In this document: one piece after another, positions 1-9,773 of the stretch
Layout of the letters: each line of letters begins with the position of its first letter
Position numbering within the stretch: position 1 is the stretch's first letter
From: Candidatus Levyibacteriota bacterium
GTDB taxonomy: Bacteria; Patescibacteriota; Microgenomatia; Levybacterales; UBA12049
Direction of reading: 5' to 3'
Assembly: GCA_016182235.1 (NCBI GenBank)
Contig: JACOXT010000003.1
Coordinates: 451,488-515,487 of the forward strand
Length of the DNA: 64,000 nt
The notes under the pieces: model-generated
The model's input: the letters and a program-made list of their open reading frames with translations, nothing else
Told to the model about the DNA's origin: nothing
Database searches by the model: none
Made by a program: the position numbers and the translations under genes

Positions 1-897
1 GAGGAAAGCTTAAAGTATTTCTACGAAGAGCTAATCAACACATTTTCTAATGAGACAATAAAATACGAAGTTATTTTTATTGATGATGGTTCCGACGATT
101 CTTCATTAGAAATTCTAAAAACATTTGAGAATCAAAATAAAAATGTACGGGTTTTTGCATTCAGAAAAAATAGAGGAAAGTCGGAAGCGCTTTTATATGG
201 GTTTTTAAAAGCCAGGGGTGAATATATTTTGACCATGGACGCAGATCTGCAAGACAAGCCTTCTGAGGGATTGTCACTTCTTAAAAAATTGCGAGAAGGC
301 AATGATCATATATCTGGGTGGAGAAAGGTGAGGAAAGATACGGGTCTTAAAATTCTATTCTCAAGAGTTTTTAATACTTTGGTAAGTCTTATTTTTGGCC
401 TAAGGTTTCATGATTATAATTGCGGACTTAAAGCCTATACAAAAGAAGCTGCTAAGAGTCTTAAGCTCTATGGGGGACTTCATAGGTTTATTCCGCTAAT
501 TCTATATCAACAGGGTTTTAAGGTAGGAGAAATGCCCGTCAGTCATGGTCAGCGAAGATTTGGAAAATCGAAGTTTGGAATATCAAAAGTTTGGAAAGAT
601 TTGCCCGATATGCTTACAATGATATTTCTTATTAAATACAGCAATCGTCCGCTTCATTTTTTTGGGGTCGCTGGATTTATGTTCCTTTTTATTGGATTTG
701 GGATTTTAATATATCTTACATTTGCAAAAATTTTTTATGGAGAGGGAATCGGAGATAGGCCAATTATTTTTTTGGGAATTCTTCTCATGCTTACTGGTTT
801 TCAGACCTTATTTACGGGCTTTTTAGCGGACCTTACTATAAACATCTCGCAAAGAGAGACTAAAGAATTTTATCTTAAATATTCAAGTAAAGATTAA
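1..897 (+). CDS. GT2 polyprenol-phosphate glycosyltransferase (ArnC/DPM1-like), 5'-truncated by window edge
   Basis: Frame open from base 1: IFIDDGSDD, TMDADLQD, DYNCGLKAY, LHRFIP, two C-terminal TM helices. Confidence 0.9.
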   Translation, partial: EESLKYFYEELINTFSNETIKYEVIFIDDGSDDSSLEILKTFENQNKNVRVFAFRKNRGKSEALLYGFLKARGEYILTMDADLQDKPSEGLSLLKKLREGNDHISGWRKVRKDTGLKILFSRVFNTLVSLIFGLRFHDYNCGLKAYTKEAAKSLKLYGGLHRFIPLILYQQGFKVGEMPVSHGQRRFGKSKFGISKVWKDLPDMLTMIFLIKYSNRPLHFFGVAGFMFLFIGFGILIYLTFAKIFYGEGIGDRPIIFLGILLMLTGFQTLFTGFLADLTINISQRETKEFYLKYSSKD

Positions 898-1505
898 TTT
901 TTTTCATTTTTTTCTCCTAAAATTATTATCCATGGAAAAGGTAATTTTATTTTCTTTATTTTCAATCCATGCTTTTTAAGAAGATTTATGAAGGAAATAA
1001 TGGTCCAATGATTAATATGTCCTGGGTCGTTTCCTAACCTTGAAATATTTTTTCCTCTAAGAAAATTACTTAGCATAAAGAAAGGCTCATTAGGAACAGA
1101 AATAACAACATCTTTTGTTGAAATCCTTAGTATCTCTTTAAGTGCTCTTTGTGGACTATCTAAGTGCTCTAATACTTCAGTACACACAACTAAGTCAAAA
1201 AAATTATTAGGATATGGTATGCTGTAAATACTTCCTCTTTTTATCTTTAGGTCCGGGAAAAGCTTTTTACCTATCGTAATTGTTTCTTCTGAGAACTCTA
1301 TCCCTTCTACATTTTCTCCAATATTATTTTTAATTAAATTATTCATGGTAAATCCTTCTCCGCAGCCTGCGTCAAGCACGGTTTTTGGATTGAGTGGTTT
1401 TATTAATGAGACTAACGAGGAGTAGAAATTATCAATTAAATATTTTTGTAACGGGTTTTTACTTGTATGTTTTATGTAATTTGTGGGAAGTTGAGTTTTA
1501 TCCAT
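894..1505 (-). CDS. Class I SAM-dependent methyltransferase
   Basis: VLDAGCGEG motif I, FDLVVCTEVLEH, ISVPNEP. Confidence 0.9.
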   Translation of the reverse strand: MDKTQLPTNYIKHTSKNPLQKYLIDNFYSSLVSLIKPLNPKTVLDAGCGEGFTMNNLIKNNIGENVEGIEFSEETITIGKKLFPDLKIKRGSIYSIPYPNNFFDLVVCTEVLEHLDSPQRALKEILRISTKDVVISVPNEPFFMLSNFLRGKNISRLGNDPGHINHWTIISFINLLKKHGLKIKKIKLPFPWIIILGEKNEKN

Positions 1506-1533
1506 GCATAGAATAATATAGAATACTAATTAT

Positions 1534-1773
1534 ATGTGGAATGATATGAAGATACAAGATATTGCGTTTATCATTACTTTATTAAGCTTAATTTATAAAC
1601 GAAGTCCTAAATGGACAGTTGTCTTTGGGATTGTCAGCCTTTTATTATCGATTCCTCTTTTTACCCTTTGGGTTTTCTTTACTGCTGAGCGGCTTACTTG
1701 GTATGCGGCAGGTTTTTTTCTTTTGGCTATCATTTTCTTTTTATTAAATGCAAGAAAGTATAGAGGCAATTAA
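1534..1773 (+). CDS. Small membrane protein
   Basis: 79 aa hydrophobic ORF filling the intergenic gap. Confidence 0.6.
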   Translation: MWNDMKIQDIAFIITLLSLIYKRSPKWTVVFGIVSLLLSIPLFTLWVFFTAERLTWYAAGFFLLAIIFFLLNARKYRGN

Positions 1774-1795
1774 CCCAATCTGATACAATTAAGGG

Positions 1796-2362
1796 ATGAA
1801 GATTGGCATAGATATATCTCAAATTGCATATGAAGGGACTGGAGTTGCGCGATACTTAAGGTCTCTGGTTGAAGAGCTCCTGAGAATTGATAAAAAGAAC
1901 GAGTATGTCCTTTTTTTCTCAAGCCTCAGAAGAAAAATTCCCTCCTTCGCCAAGGCTGCCTCCTTCGCCGAAGTGGCTACGAAGGCCGAGTCGGCGGGCA
2001 AGAGAAATTCCAAAATAAAGGCTTTTAGATTTCCCCCTTCTTTGTTAGATTTACTCTGGAATAGGCTGCATATTTTGCCGGTCGAGTGGCTAATTGGAGA
2101 TGTTGATATTTTTATTACTTCCGACTGGACGGAGCCTCCTGTACTTCGAGCAAAAAAGGCAACAATTCTATACGACCTTATTGTTTATAAATATCCTCAA
2201 GAAACAGATAAACATATTGTCGAGGTTCAAAAGCGAAAATTAGAATGGGCTAAAAAAGAATCAGATTTAATTTTTTGCATATCAGAGGCCACAAAGAAAG
2301 ATGCCATGGAAATCTTAGACGTTGAAGAGGAACGATTAAAGGTTATATTGCCGGGAGTGTGA
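1796..2362 (+). CDS. GT4 glycosyltransferase N-terminal domain only (truncated or split)
   Basis: MKIGIDISQ..GTGVARY, TILYDL, CISEATKKD; ends at VILPGV*; no C-terminal EX7E motif. Confidence 0.75.
   Translation: MKIGIDISQIAYEGTGVARYLRSLVEELLRIDKKNEYVLFFSSLRRKIPSFAKAASFAEVATKAESAGKRNSKIKAFRFPPSLLDLLWNRLHILPVEWLIGDVDIFITSDWTEPPVLRAKKATILYDLIVYKYPQETDKHIVEVQKRKLEWAKKESDLIFCISEATKKDAMEILDVEEERLKVILPGV
1940..2002. repeat. Nested in-frame palindromic micro-element (30 bp outer, 33 bp inner)
   Basis: ccctccttcgccaaggct[gcctccttcgccgaagtggctacgaaggccgag]tcggcgggcaag; encodes PSFAKAASFAEVATKAESAGK; outer part matches 11134-11163 at 24/30. Confidence 0.8.
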
Positions 2363-3564
2363 TTATGACTATTGGGATCAATGGATACGAAGCTGTAATG
2401 CCGAGGTTTGGATATGATTTTGAAACAAAACTGCCAAGAAGGGTCGGCAGCGGTGAATATTGTTTTGAACTCCTACTATATCTTAACAAAATTGATAAGA
2501 AAAACAAATATATAATATTTCTTCCCAAAACTCCAACAATGGATTTACCTAGGCAATCAGATAGCTGGCGATATAGGATTGTTGGGCCAAAGCGCTTTTG
2601 GACGATTTTTGGGTTATCAATGGAATTTTTGCTTAGGCGGTCTAAGGTAGACGTATTTTTCTCCCCAACTCATTATTTGCCTTTTTTTTTGCCAGTAAAA
2701 TCCGCTGTTTCTGTTTTAGATGTTTCCTTTATTCATTTTCCTAAGCTTTTTAAAAAGAAAGATCTGTATCAGCTTAAGAGTTGGACAGCTTATTCGGTAA
2801 GGAAAGCATCAAAAGTGTTAACGATTAGCCTGGCGTCAAAAGATGATATAATTAAGACATACAATGTTTCGAAGGAAAAGGTGATAGTTACATATCCCGG
2901 AGTAAAATCCGAAATTCAAATATCGAAATTCGAAACAAATGCAAAATTCAAAATGCAAAATTCAAAATTTCTTAAAGATAAGTACGGGGCTGAAGGGAAT
3001 TATATTTTGTTTGTGGGGACATTACAGCCCAGAAAAAATATAGTCCGTCTTATCGAGGCCTTTAGCCATATTTCTTCTTCTTTAATCATTAATCCTGCCT
3101 CGCCGGCAGGCAGGCCTTTATCGTTAATCATTGTGGGTAAAAAGGGTTGGTTATATGAGGAAATTTTGGAGACTCCCAAAAAGCTTAATATTGAGACGAA
3201 AGTAAAGTTTTTAGAAAATATTTCAGATGAAGATTTGCCTTATTTTTATAAAAACGCTTTATGTTTTGTTTTACCTAGCCTATATGAAGGGTTTGGCCTG
3301 CCAATTTTGGAAGCAATGAGATATGGGTGTCCGGTTATCACAAGTAATATCTCCTCGCTTCCCGAGGCAGGAGGAGACGCGGCTCTATACGTAGATCCTC
3401 TCAATGTAGACGATATTGCCAAAAAATTGGAATTAGTAATTAATAATGAAGATTTAAGGAAAAAACTTATAAAAAAAGGTTACGAACAAGTTAGGAAATT
3501 CAGTTGGGAGAAAACAGCAAGAGAAACATTAAGGGTATTGGAAGGTGTAGTAAATAATGAGTAG
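2359..3564 (+). CDS. GT4 glycosyltransferase
   Basis: FVGTLQPRKN, PSLYEGFGLPILEAM, SSLPEAGGDA. Confidence 0.95.
   Translation: MIMTIGINGYEAVMPRFGYDFETKLPRRVGSGEYCFELLLYLNKIDKKNKYIIFLPKTPTMDLPRQSDSWRYRIVGPKRFWTIFGLSMEFLLRRSKVDVFFSPTHYLPFFLPVKSAVSVLDVSFIHFPKLFKKKDLYQLKSWTAYSVRKASKVLTISLASKDDIIKTYNVSKEKVIVTYPGVKSEIQISKFETNAKFKMQNSKFLKDKYGAEGNYILFVGTLQPRKNIVRLIEAFSHISSSLIINPASPAGRPLSLIIVGKKGWLYEEILETPKKLNIETKVKFLENISDEDLPYFYKNALCFVLPSLYEGFGLPILEAMRYGCPVITSNISSLPEAGGDAALYVDPLNVDDIAKKLELVINNEDLRKKLIKKGYEQVRKFSWEKTARETLRVLEGVVNNE
2904..2969. repeat. Degenerate heptamer tandem repeat (aaattcN-type) within CDS
   Basis: aaatccgaaattcaaatatcgaaattcg...aaaattcaaaatgcaaaattcaaaatt; encodes KSEIQISKFETNAKFKMQNSKF. 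Confidence 0.75.
3094..3114. repeat. 21-bp GC-rich palindrome inserted in a heptamer array
   Basis: cctgcctcgccggcaggcagg; removing it restores tttaatc-attaatc-ctttatc-gttaatc. Confidence 0.8.
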
Positions 3565-4108
3565 GCTAACAAGAAGAATAAAAACTGTATTGTTGGAATT
3601 TATAGTCATGAAGCTGCATTTTGTGGGATATGTTCCATCGCATCATTATCGTAGGTTTTTTTATAGACTTTTTGGTATGAAAATTGGAAGAGGATCAACA
3701 ATACACATGGGTGCTCGATTTTATAATCCAAGAAACATACAAATTGGTGAGGATTCTATTGTCGGTGAAGGGACAGTATTGGATGGAAGAGACAAATTGA
3801 CTATTGGAGATCATGTGGATATAGCAAGTGAAGTTATGATTTATAATTCAGAACACGATGTTCAAAGTAGCGATTTTCAGGCAAAGACTGCGCCTGTTGA
3901 AATTTCAGATTATGTTTTTATTGGACCACGTGTAATTATTTTGCCCGGAGTAAAAATTGGTAAAGGAGCTGTAATTGCTGCAGGAGCGGTGGTTACAAAA
4001 GACGTTGAGAGTTTTGCAATTATTGGTGGTGTACCTGCACAAAAGATTGGAGAAAGAAAAATTAAGGAATTAAATTACAAACTCGGAAGAGCTGCGTGGT
4101 TTAGATAG
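3557..4108 (+). CDS. Hexapeptide-repeat (LbH) O-acetyltransferase
   Basis: IGEDSIVG, PVEISDYVFIG..ILPGVKIGKGAVIAAGAVVTKDV, GGVPA. Confidence 0.92.
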   Translation: MSRLTRRIKTVLLEFIVMKLHFVGYVPSHHYRRFFYRLFGMKIGRGSTIHMGARFYNPRNIQIGEDSIVGEGTVLDGRDKLTIGDHVDIASEVMIYNSEHDVQSSDFQAKTAPVEISDYVFIGPRVIILPGVKIGKGAVIAAGAVVTKDVESFAIIGGVPAQKIGERKIKELNYKLGRAAWFR

Positions 4109-4127
4109 CCTAAAATCTTTAATTGTT

Positions 4128-5018
4128 GTGATAGAACTCTCTATAATTATTCTTTCTTATAATACCAAAGATTTAACGCGTCGATGCATCCAATCAGTAA
4201 GAAAGCAATATAAAAAAGAACTGATAGACAAAAAATTGGAAATTATAGTTATTGACAATAATTCATCCGATGATTCTGCATCTTTATTGTCAGATCTTAA
4301 AAAAGAAATACTCGCCTCGCGGCGAAGCGGGTCAAATTTTACACTAATTCAAAATAGAGAAAATTTAGGATTTGCTAAAGGTTGCAATTTCGGCGCTAAA
4401 AACGCTAAAGGAAAATATCTTCTTTTTCTAAATTCTGATACTACAGTTCTAGATAGGGGATTTTTACGGATGACAGAATTTTTAGATAATCACAAAGAAG
4501 CTGGTATTTTGGGTGGAAGACTTCTGAATCCAAATGGTACTCCCCAACGATCGGGTGGAAAGTTTTATAACCTATGGTACCTTTTTTTAATGCTTTTAGG
4601 GTTGGAGGTGTTAGTAAGAAGATCACCTACTAAGATAGATAAGATTGATTGGGTAAGTGGGGCTTGCTTGATGATAGGAAAGAATCAATTCAATAATCTA
4701 TCTGGTTTTGATGAACATTTTTTCATGTACATAGAAGACATGGAATTATGCTATAGGATGAGAAAACTTGGTTTTTCAACTTATTTTTATCCTTTTGTTG
4801 GGATTGAGCATAAAACCCTAGGTAGCAGCAACAGATCATTTGCTATAATTAATATTTATAAGGGAATTCTCTATTTTTATTCAAAACACAAAAATCATCT
4901 AGAGTATTTAGTTGCCAAAACATTGCTTATCTCAAAAGCAGAAATTTTAATTTTGGTAGGATTTTTGACATTTAGCTCTGGGCTAAGGGATAGATACAGA
5001 AAGGCGGTAATGTTTTAA
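4128..5018 (+). CDS. GT2 glycosyltransferase (WbbL-like)
   Basis: LSIIILSYN, VIDNNSSD, ENLGFAKGCN, FLNSDT, WVSGAC, FMYIEDMELC. Confidence 0.93.
   Translation: MIELSIIILSYNTKDLTRRCIQSVRKQYKKELIDKKLEIIVIDNNSSDDSASLLSDLKKEILASRRSGSNFTLIQNRENLGFAKGCNFGAKNAKGKYLLFLNSDTTVLDRGFLRMTEFLDNHKEAGILGGRLLNPNGTPQRSGGKFYNLWYLFLMLLGLEVLVRRSPTKIDKIDWVSGACLMIGKNQFNNLSGFDEHFFMYIEDMELCYRMRKLGFSTYFYPFVGIEHKTLGSSNRSFAIINIYKGILYFYSKHKNHLEYLVAKTLLISKAEILILVGFLTFSSGLRDRYRKAVMF
4311..4331. repeat. 21-bp micro-element, family ctcgcctcgcNgcgaagcggg
   Basis: ctcgcctcgcggcgaagcggg; 20/21 identical to 29027-29047; encodes LASRRSG. Confidence 0.85.
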
Positions 5019-5021
5019 TCC

Positions 5022-8000
5022 ATGAAAATTTTTAAATGGATGTCGGATAATCTTTTGTTTGTTTTCACTTTGATCTTATTGGGACTGATTCCTCTTTACC
5101 CGAAAATCCCTCTTATTGATATAAAAAATACATGGGTGTATGTTAGGGCAGAAGATTTTTTTGTTACATTTGTTGTTTTGTTTTGGGTGGGATTAGTCTT
5201 GTTTAGAAGGGTTACTCTAAAAACACCTTTAACATTGCCGATTTTCATTTTTTGGATTATTGGCGGCATATCAACCCTCCATGGAGTGCTTCTGATTTTC
5301 CCAACCATTTCAGATGTTTTTTCCAACGTAGCCATGCTAAGCCTGCTTAGGAGAGTGGAATATTTATCTTTATTTTTTGTGGCAGTTACTTCAATAAAAG
5401 ATAAAAAAGCAATTTTTTATGTTGTTTGGGCATTGGCAATTGTACTTTTGTTGGTGGCTGGATATGGGTTTGGACAAAAATTCCTAAGCTTTCCGGCGTA
5501 TTTAACCATGAATGAAGAATTCGCGAAAGGAATTCCCATTCACCTTTCCGAGCTTTCAAGAGTGCCGTCTACGTTTGCGGGTCATTACGATCTGGCCGCT
5601 TATTTAGTTCTTGTAATCCCAATACTTATTAGCATAGTTTTTGGATTTAGGAATTTATTTGCAAAACTTTTCTTTCTTACGACATCTGTTTTGGGATTTA
5701 TACTTCTTTTCATGACCGTATCTCGAGTTTCATTTTTTGTTCTTTTGATTTCCATTGTTGTGCTTTTGATTCTTCAGAAAAAAAAATGGTTTATTGGATC
5801 TCTTCTGGTAGTGGCAGTTCTTTTTTTAAGTTTTGCTCCAAGTCTTATTGCCCGGTTTGGAGATACGGTTAAAGAAATTAATGTTTTAGTTGATGCTAGG
5901 ACAGGAGGGGCAATAGGCCAAGTAAAAGAAGTGCCTTCTGCGTATTTCAAAGATAAGATTATTAAAAAGGTGGCAATCTCCAATAAAGACGCCTTAAACG
6001 CAAGCGTTTCGGCAGTAGTTCCATTCTCCCTGATCCCTCCTATAGCCTCCCTTGTTGTTGAGGCCAACAGCCCAACAGGAGAAAATCTTCCGCAGGGAAC
6101 AAGCTATATTAATCTACCTCTGTCACCTGTTATCAAAAAGGTGGACGAGTATTATTATCAAAAATTGACTAACAAGTCTGGATTGGAATCGGAGGAAATT
6201 AGCGTTATCTATGGGGATTTTTTGATAAAAAAAGCAAAAGCATATGATCTTTCTTTTACCACAAGATTTCAAGGAGAGTGGCCAAATGCAATATTGGCTT
6301 TCAAGAGAAATATTTTTCTTGGCAGCGGTTATGGTTCGGTTAGTTTGGCGGTTGACAATAACTATCTGCGAATTTTGGGAGAATCAGGACTATTAGGATT
6401 TGTTTCATTCATATCTATCTTTTTAATTGCAGGAATTTATATCTGGAAAATACTTCCAAATGTTACTTCGCCTGTTGTCAGGAATTTTGTTTTTGGGTTT
6501 GTGGCAGGTGCTTTTGGTTTGGCGTTGAACGCGCTTCTTATTGATGTGTTCGAAGCTTCAAAAGTTGCGTTTACTCTATGGCTTTTAATGGGAATAACTC
6601 TTGGGATTTTAAGTTTGTATAAAACAGAAGATGTAGATATTCTTAAAGAACTTAAAAGAATGGTAACATCTACCGTTGCAGTTGTAGTTTATCTATTTGT
6701 TGCCTCGGTATTACTTTTGGGAGTTTCAAGTTACTTCTTTGTCGGAGACGATTTTACTTGGTTTAAGTGGGTTACAGACCCGTCCAACAGCATTATTAGC
6801 TATTTTACCAAGGCCGATGGATTTTTTTACCGCCCTGGGACAAAACTCTATTTTTACTTAATGCATTCGGTGTTTTGGCTTAATCAGTCTGTTTATCATT
6901 TTGTTTCCATATTTCTTCATTTTGCAGTTTCGGTTTTGGTATTTTTGATCGCCAAAAGAATTTTTAAAAATTATTTCTCATCTGTCGCAGCTGCCTTTTT
7001 ATTTCTTATACTAAGCGGGTATCACGAAGCAGTCTTCTGGATTTCAGCTTCTGGGTTTCTCTTTAATGCATTATTCGCGATGCTTTCTTTGCTTTCGTAT
7101 ATTTACTGGAGGGAAAAAAGGAAATCTGTTTATTTCGCAAGTGCTATAGTTTTTATATTTTTGAGCATGATGTTTCACGAACTCGGAGTAGTCGTTCCTT
7201 TTCTTCTTATTGCGTACGATTTGATTTTTGGAGAGTTTACAATCGGGAAATTTTTTAAGAAGAGCTATCTAGTTTTGCTCTCACCTATTTTACCATATCT
7301 TGCATTTCGCCTTTCTGCCAATAGTCATTGGTTTAGTGGAGATTATAGTTATAGCTTAATCAATTTTCCATTTAACTTTATAGGCAATATCATGGGATAC
7401 TTAGCTCTTGGTTTTTTCGGACCCAAGTCTATGGTTTTTTACCAGGCATTAAGAGATTTTGGAAGAAACAACACGTCCATTTCTATTTTGGTTTATTTGG
7501 TTATTGTATTTGGTGTTTTTATACTTTATAGATTGTTTGCTAAAAAGATTGAAAAACAGGAATGGAGAATTATTGTTTTTGCATCTTTATTTTTTGTTAT
7601 ATCACTCCTGCCATTTTTAGGGTTAGGAAATATGACTTCTCGCTATAGCTATTTATCGTCATTTGGGATTGTAATTCTTTTAGTTTTTTTCTTCAAGAAG
7701 ATATATTTTTACTTAACAAGTATTAGCGATAGATACGTTGGTGCTACGGCTATGACCATGATAGTAATTGTTTACTGCATTTTTCAACTATTTGGACTCC
7801 AAAATATTCATACGGATTGGAAAGTTGCCGGTGAGAAGTCTAAGAGATTTTTTATTTCAATCGAAGAATATTCTAAAGACTTTTGGATAAGAGATAGCAT
7901 GCAATTTTATTTTGTTGACATACCGATTCGAAACGGCGAGGCATGGGTATGGCCGGTAGGATTGGAAGATGCCTTGTGGTTTACATTCAAGAATCCAAAT

Positions 8001-8156
8001 ATCGCAGTTTACAAAATGTCAGATATTAGCCTCGCATTTGATCAGGCGGCAAACTCATCAAGCGCCCACGTATTTCGATTTGATAAGTATGGAAACGTGG
8101 AAGAGGTTGTTAGAGCAAAGAACGGACAAATAAATCTCCTAAATTCTCCAAGATAA
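5022..8156 (+). CDS. O-antigen ligase (Wzy_C)-like domain fused to GT-C (PMT-like) glycosyltransferase domain
   Basis: N-half RVPSTFAGHYDLAAY, TVSRVSF, GSGYGS..VDNNYLRILGESGLLG; C-half FVGDDF, FFYRPG, YHFVSIFLH, HEAVFWIS; many TM helices. Confidence 0.8.
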   Translation: MKIFKWMSDNLLFVFTLILLGLIPLYPKIPLIDIKNTWVYVRAEDFFVTFVVLFWVGLVLFRRVTLKTPLTLPIFIFWIIGGISTLHGVLLIFPTISDVFSNVAMLSLLRRVEYLSLFFVAVTSIKDKKAIFYVVWALAIVLLLVAGYGFGQKFLSFPAYLTMNEEFAKGIPIHLSELSRVPSTFAGHYDLAAYLVLVIPILISIVFGFRNLFAKLFFLTTSVLGFILLFMTVSRVSFFVLLISIVVLLILQKKKWFIGSLLVVAVLFLSFAPSLIARFGDTVKEINVLVDARTGGAIGQVKEVPSAYFKDKIIKKVAISNKDALNASVSAVVPFSLIPPIASLVVEANSPTGENLPQGTSYINLPLSPVIKKVDEYYYQKLTNKSGLESEEISVIYGDFLIKKAKAYDLSFTTRFQGEWPNAILAFKRNIFLGSGYGSVSLAVDNNYLRILGESGLLGFVSFISIFLIAGIYIWKILPNVTSPVVRNFVFGFVAGAFGLALNALLIDVFEASKVAFTLWLLMGITLGILSLYKTEDVDILKELKRMVTSTVAVVVYLFVASVLLLGVSSYFFVGDDFTWFKWVTDPSNSIISYFTKADGFFYRPGTKLYFYLMHSVFWLNQSVYHFVSIFLHFAVSVLVFLIAKRIFKNYFSSVAAAFLFLILSGYHEAVFWISASGFLFNALFAMLSLLSYIYWREKRKSVYFASAIVFIFLSMMFHELGVVVPFLLIAYDLIFGEFTIGKFFKKSYLVLLSPILPYLAFRLSANSHWFSGDYSYSLINFPFNFIGNIMGYLALGFFGPKSMVFYQALRDFGRNNTSISILVYLVIVFGVFILYRLFAKKIEKQEWRIIVFASLFFVISLLPFLGLGNMTSRYSYLSSFGIVILLVFFFKKIYFYLTSISDRYVGATAMTMIVIVYCIFQLFGLQNIHTDWKVAGEKSKRFFISIEEYSKDFWIRDSMQFYFVDIPIRNGEAWVWPVGLEDALWFTFKNPNIAVYKMSDISLAFDQAANSSSAHVFRFDKYGNVEEVVRAKNGQINLLNSPR

Positions 8157-8237
8157 CCTTATTTTTTTTGAAAGCCTAACGATAACTGAGACAATTTGGC
8201 AATAAGAGTAGAATAAGCTACAATAATAGAATAGATA

Positions 8238-9719
8238 ATGAGGAAGTTTGAGATTTTTGCGTTGGCAGTTATTCTTATTGGGGCGTTTACAGTTAGGTTA
8301 TATAGGTTCGACTGGCCGGTTGCGGATTGGCACAGTTGGCGTCAGACTGACACATCGGCAGTTTCCCGAAATTTTGTAAGAGAAGGTTTCGACATATTCC
8401 GTCCCAAATTTGATGATTTATCTTCCGGTGTTTCTTTAATCGATAACCCAGAAGGTTACAGGTTTGTTGAATTTCCTATCTATAATGTGTTTCAAGCCAT
8501 TCTTTATCAGCAAATCGGTAAATTTACACTTGAGGAATGGGGAAGAGTAGTAACTATCTTTTCTTCCCTAATTTCGATAGTTTTTCTTTACCTTCTAGTT
8601 GCAAAGTACACGAATTCTCGCACCGGACTTTTGGCTTCTTTTTTCTTTGCTCTCATTCCATATAATATTTTTTATGGTCGCACCATTCTTCCCGATCAAT
8701 CTATGGTTGCATCACTTCTTGCAGGAACATACTTTTTTTCAAATTGGATGGAAAATAAAGACTTCAAATTTTCGATTTTCAATCTTCAATTTTTTCTAGC
8801 TGTCTTACTTATGGCGATGGCTTTACTTTTGAAGCCTTACGCTTTGTTTTTTACTTTGCCTTTGGTTTATCTTGCATGGAGTCGTTTTGGCTTTGGCTTT
8901 TTAAAAAAATGGCAGCTTTGGGCTTATTTTATTCTGGCAATTTTGCCTTTGATCTTGTGGCATATATGGATGAGTCAAAGGGAGTTTATTCAAGGAATTC
9001 CGCGTAATGATTGGTTATTTAATGGTAACGGCATTAGATTTAAAGGAGCATTTTTTCATTGGCTTTTTGGAGACAGAATAGGTCGTCTTATCTTGGGATA
9101 CTGGGGATTGCCTTTTGTTGTTTTGGGAATCATAAGGAAAATCAATAGAAAAGAAAATTGGTTTTTTTATTTTTTTATAGTTTCCTCTCTTGCCTATATG
9201 ACAATTTTAGCAACAGGAAATATCCAGCACGATTATTATCAAATTCTTATTGTTCCAACCCTTTCAATTTTTCTTGCAAAGGGTGTAGACCTTATACTTA
9301 GCAGTAAAGAATTTTTTAACCGGTCAGTTTCTTATATAATAATTGCTGGTGGAATTATTTTTATGTTAGCCTTCGGTTGGTTTGGGGTCAGGGATTATTA
9401 CAGCATTCAGCACCCGAACCTTATAGCTGCGGGACTCGCAGTTGACGAGCTTACTCCGAAAGATGTAAAAATTATTGCGCCCTATGGCGGGGATACAACC
9501 TTGTTATACCATACCAATCGAAAAGGCTGGCCGGTTTTTGACAGATCTTTTAAGGATTTTAAGAAAGCAGGAGCATCTTATATTGCCTTTGCTGATCCAA
9601 CGCCAGAGGAACTAAATTTAGAAACGTTATTCGAGCCTGTAATTATCACCCCTCAATACGCAATATTTGATCTTACAAAACCCACTCTGCAAGGCTTAAG
9701 AGAACAGAAAAAAGATTAA
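8238..9719 (+). CDS. GT-C (ArnT/PMT_2-like) membrane glycosyltransferase
   Basis: DWHSWRQTDT, EFPIYN, GRTILPD, LLKPY, HDYYQ; polytopic. Confidence 0.85.
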   Translation: MRKFEIFALAVILIGAFTVRLYRFDWPVADWHSWRQTDTSAVSRNFVREGFDIFRPKFDDLSSGVSLIDNPEGYRFVEFPIYNVFQAILYQQIGKFTLEEWGRVVTIFSSLISIVFLYLLVAKYTNSRTGLLASFFFALIPYNIFYGRTILPDQSMVASLLAGTYFFSNWMENKDFKFSIFNLQFFLAVLLMAMALLLKPYALFFTLPLVYLAWSRFGFGFLKKWQLWAYFILAILPLILWHIWMSQREFIQGIPRNDWLFNGNGIRFKGAFFHWLFGDRIGRLILGYWGLPFVVLGIIRKINRKENWFFYFFIVSSLAYMTILATGNIQHDYYQILIVPTLSIFLAKGVDLILSSKEFFNRSVSYIIIAGGIIFMLAFGWFGVRDYYSIQHPNLIAAGLAVDELTPKDVKIIAPYGGDTTLLYHTNRKGWPVFDRSFKDFKKAGASYIAFADPTPEELNLETLFEPVIITPQYAIFDLTKPTLQGLREQKKD

Positions 9720-9720
9720 G

Positions 9721-9773
9721 ATGACCCGTTCGGCTAACGCTCAGGGTCATAGTGAGTGAAATCGAATCTATGA
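9721..9773. repeat. Composite double-hairpin element bounded by ATGA direct repeats
   Basis: ATGACCC-gttcggctaacgctca-GGGTCAT overlapping TCATAG-tgagtgaaatcgaat-CTATGA. Confidence 0.8.
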
